DNA from: the human T2T-CHM13v2.0 reference genome, Homo sapiens
Assembly: GCF_009914755.1 (NCBI RefSeq)
Contig: NC_060925.1
Reading direction: 5' to 3' (one strand)
Length of the DNA: 64,000 bases
The position numbers and the translations under genes were made by a program. This document shows positions 61,226 to 64,000 of this stretch, in pieces. Numbering within the stretch: the first letter of the stretch is position 1; every line of letters begins with the position of its first letter. Below the pieces are notes generated by a model. The model saw only the letters and a list, made by a program, of their open reading frames with translations, was not told the DNA's origin and made no database searches.

Positions 61226-62519
61226 GAAACTCCTTGATAATTCTCAAAATTCTATAACACTTTCCCTTCTACAATATGTGAATGCTGGCAGAAATCATTT
61301 ATAAAGCAGCATATACAGACACAGAATATTGAGACAAGGAAAGGGACTAAAAGTAAGTTAGCCATTAAAGAAGATGTTATGCTAAGAGAAATAGTGTACT
61401 ACATTATTGCATGATGAAACTGGAAACTGCCTTCCAACTCAGTGGAAGCATCCTTATTTTTCGAAACAGACTTCAGCAAAGAGAAGTGGAAGAATTATGA
61501 CAAAATTTACTGACAATTGAATGAATTTTCAACAGTTTAACATTAAACTGAAGTGAGAGAGTGATACAATGTGAGAGTAAACTATAATTAATCCAGTAGA
61601 AGAGAGACATAAACAAACAACAACAATAAAACCTTTTACTGAGCCCTGAAGCAGAGCTTCTTTGTGAGATTATGTGCTTTCCCTCTTCTCAAAAGCTAAG
61701 GTAGAGGCTGAAGTCCAGTCCAAATTAGGCTTCCCAGCACTGGGCTCTTTCTGCCTGGAGGAAGAGGCCTGTTCTAGAAGTTATTGCAAGGTGCTACAAA
61801 GTACATCAACAAATTTTCATAACTGCTATTAAGCTTTCAAAACCACCAGACAAAGAAATAGGAATGGATTGTAAATTCCCTAGAGAAAAGCTACATGTCT
61901 AACTACTTCGAGCAAATCCATGTTTTATTACTTATGGTACTTCTTATACAAAATGCTTTGGAGAAGTAAAATTGTTAGGATGTATGATGGACAATATACT
62001 GGGGAATTATTACCTGTAATTTAGGATGGCTGAAAACATTCACTATGTTAAAGGAGAAATAGTTACTAATAGAAGTAGTAAATATCTTTAGATACAATGG
62101 TTTCTTAATATTTTCGTGCATTATTTAACTTTGACATATGAACTATTTTCTAAAACTTATGAAGGAAGAAAGATTTTCTTTCCTTTGATTGGCCATATAC
62201 TGGCAGTGGAACTTGAAATGACTACTAATTACCACTTTAAATTATACGTTATCTGGCAAGAATTTATAGATTTTCTAGGAGGCTAATAGTTGGGGAATGA
62301 AGTCGATTTTACGTATCTTTGCTCCCTGTTAATTGGAATTAAAAGTGATATTGAATGTGTGTAAATGTATTTCAGTATATTGACTAACTATTGTCTTGTG
62401 ATTATAAGTTACAGACCCTTTCTGAACTTTGACCTTTTCATATATTTGCTATATTTCCAAATATTAGCTGTTATTGTTCTACTTCTATTCTATATATGGT
62501 ATTTTTATATAAATGGCAT

Positions 62520-62578
<59 letters not shown>
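62520..62578. repeat. Compound (CA)n(TA)n(GA)n microsatellite
   Basis: Seen directly. Confidence 0.95.
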
Positions 62579-63068
62579 AATCTCAAATTGTTTTGTGTTA
62601 CCAATGATCTAGAAAGTTTGGAACTGTTTATAAAATAAAGGTTTTATTAGGTATATTGTCGCTGTTGTTTTTATTGCTTTTAAGTTTAGAGGCTTTTTTT
62701 TTCGTCTTCAAATCATGTAAGCTAAAGTGAATATACTCATTTGGAGCCTTTCCCAATGTGTTAAACTTGCTTTAATAAGTTTATCAACTTTTAATGTATA
62801 TTGTTACTCCTGTAACAGAGAAATTCTATTTTTAGCTTGGTTAGTTGTGTTGTCACATATTAATAAGTAACTTTACAGCTTATTAATTCTGAAGAAATTC
62901 AAAAGTACTTCACTTGATTACACTGTCGTATTTCCAGTATTGAGAATAAGGCTTTCTAATGCCTCTTAATATTCAAATTGAACTCCAACATATGAAAATC
63001 ATTTTGCTTCCTATCAGAATACCAAGTACTCTTGCGTTTTAAAAATGCTTCTGCAAGTTCTTACTTTA

Positions 63069-63160
63069 GGCTGGGCATGATGGCATGAGTTTGAGGCCAG
63101 TCTGAACAACATAGCAAGATCCCATTTCTAAAAAAATTAATTTAATTAAAAAAATAAAAT
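63069..63160 (+). mobile_element. Internally deleted Alu monomer (FLAM-like)
   Basis: ggctgggcatgatggc|atgagtttgaggccagtctgaacaacatagcaagatccc; flanked by ttactt. Confidence 0.7.
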
Positions 63161-63960
63161 TTTACTTTGTAAAATTGTAAAATTTCACTTGGTAAACTTG
63201 TATGTATATTTCAATTAACTACCAATTATCTGTATATCTTGGCAGTGTCTTTTCTCAATCTTCAGTGAAAAAGTTTTTAAAAACTTGATTGCTGATAAAT
63301 TAGGGAAGGGAAAGTAATTTATTTTTAATAAAATACTATTCTAAATGTTTCAGATTTAGTTTTGTGTCATCACTAAATTATATTAAGTTACATCACTAAA
63401 GTAAATTAGTTTATTAAAGTTCTTTTTAAACTGAAGTCTCGGTAAAGAAGATCAACTATAGGACTTCTCCACATGTCAGGGAGAAGTAGAAATAAAGATG
63501 ATGAGACATGACCAATCCTGTGTCTTCTTGAAGCCAAAGATATTTGTTTAAATGAAGATTTGGATAAACTCCAAGGTAAACAAAAGGGCTATTAAGAAAA
63601 GGTAGGGAATTCTGGAAGGAGTGTGAAAGGACACCCTCTTCCACTACTTACTGGCCCCTCACTGTTCTTCAGTATCACGGCCACCTCTGGAGGCAGACAT
63701 AGGATGACCCGATGACAGCAATCCATCTCTGTTCCCAAAGGGTATTCTGCATCCCTTAAAACTGTGAGGGGTCAAGCCTTTGTTTCAGTACCTCATAAAC
63801 ACAAAATCTGAAATAAGTAAAATACAGTAAAATATGATATGCAAATCCATGAGTTTTGCAGGAAGACAGGTCCAAATGGCAGGAAAATCTCTTTCTGCTT
63901 TGACTGGAAGGAATGAAAACAGAAATGGTGATGAAATGCCTGCAAAGCATTAGGCAGTTT

Positions 63961-63970
63961 GGAAAGTCCC
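63961..63970 (-). promoter_or_regulatory. Canonical NF-kB site (GGGACTTTCC)
   Basis: Exact 10-mer ggaaagtccc on the + strand in non-repeat DNA; function not shown. Confidence 0.4.
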
Positions 63971-64000
63971 TGCAAATGTCCCTGTCCCCCATCCTCCAGA

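Overview
Primate (probably human) genomic DNA that is AT-rich, dense in repeats and probably intergenic or intronic. I found no recognisable host protein-coding gene, and nearly all listed ORFs are read-through of Alu, L1 or LTR sequence. The window holds about 20 Alus, several L1/L2/L3/MIR fragments, MaLR LTRs (MST/THE1/MLT), ERV solo LTRs (LTR3, MER66-like, LTR19-like, MER93-like), hAT and mariner MITEs, and an internally deleted two-LTR HERV-S/HERVL18 (LTR18) provirus at 40201-44960. That provirus sits inside a five-tier nest of elements. Two structures are not explained by ordinary repeat annotation. (1) At 34886-35161 a 276-bp insert is built only from scrambled R/U5 pieces of an LTR2-type LTR. 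It has a U5 att end in inverted orientation at both termini and a 4-bp TSD, so it looks like a MITE-shaped retroviral integrant. (2) At 59486-60567 there is a palindrome with 457-bp arms and a breakpoint inside a MADE1 MITE. The outer arms are ~97% identical but the inner ends only ~78%, which suggests arm-to-arm gene conversion or a maintained hairpin. Subfamily names come from recall of consensus sequences and need RepeatMasker/Dfam confirmation.
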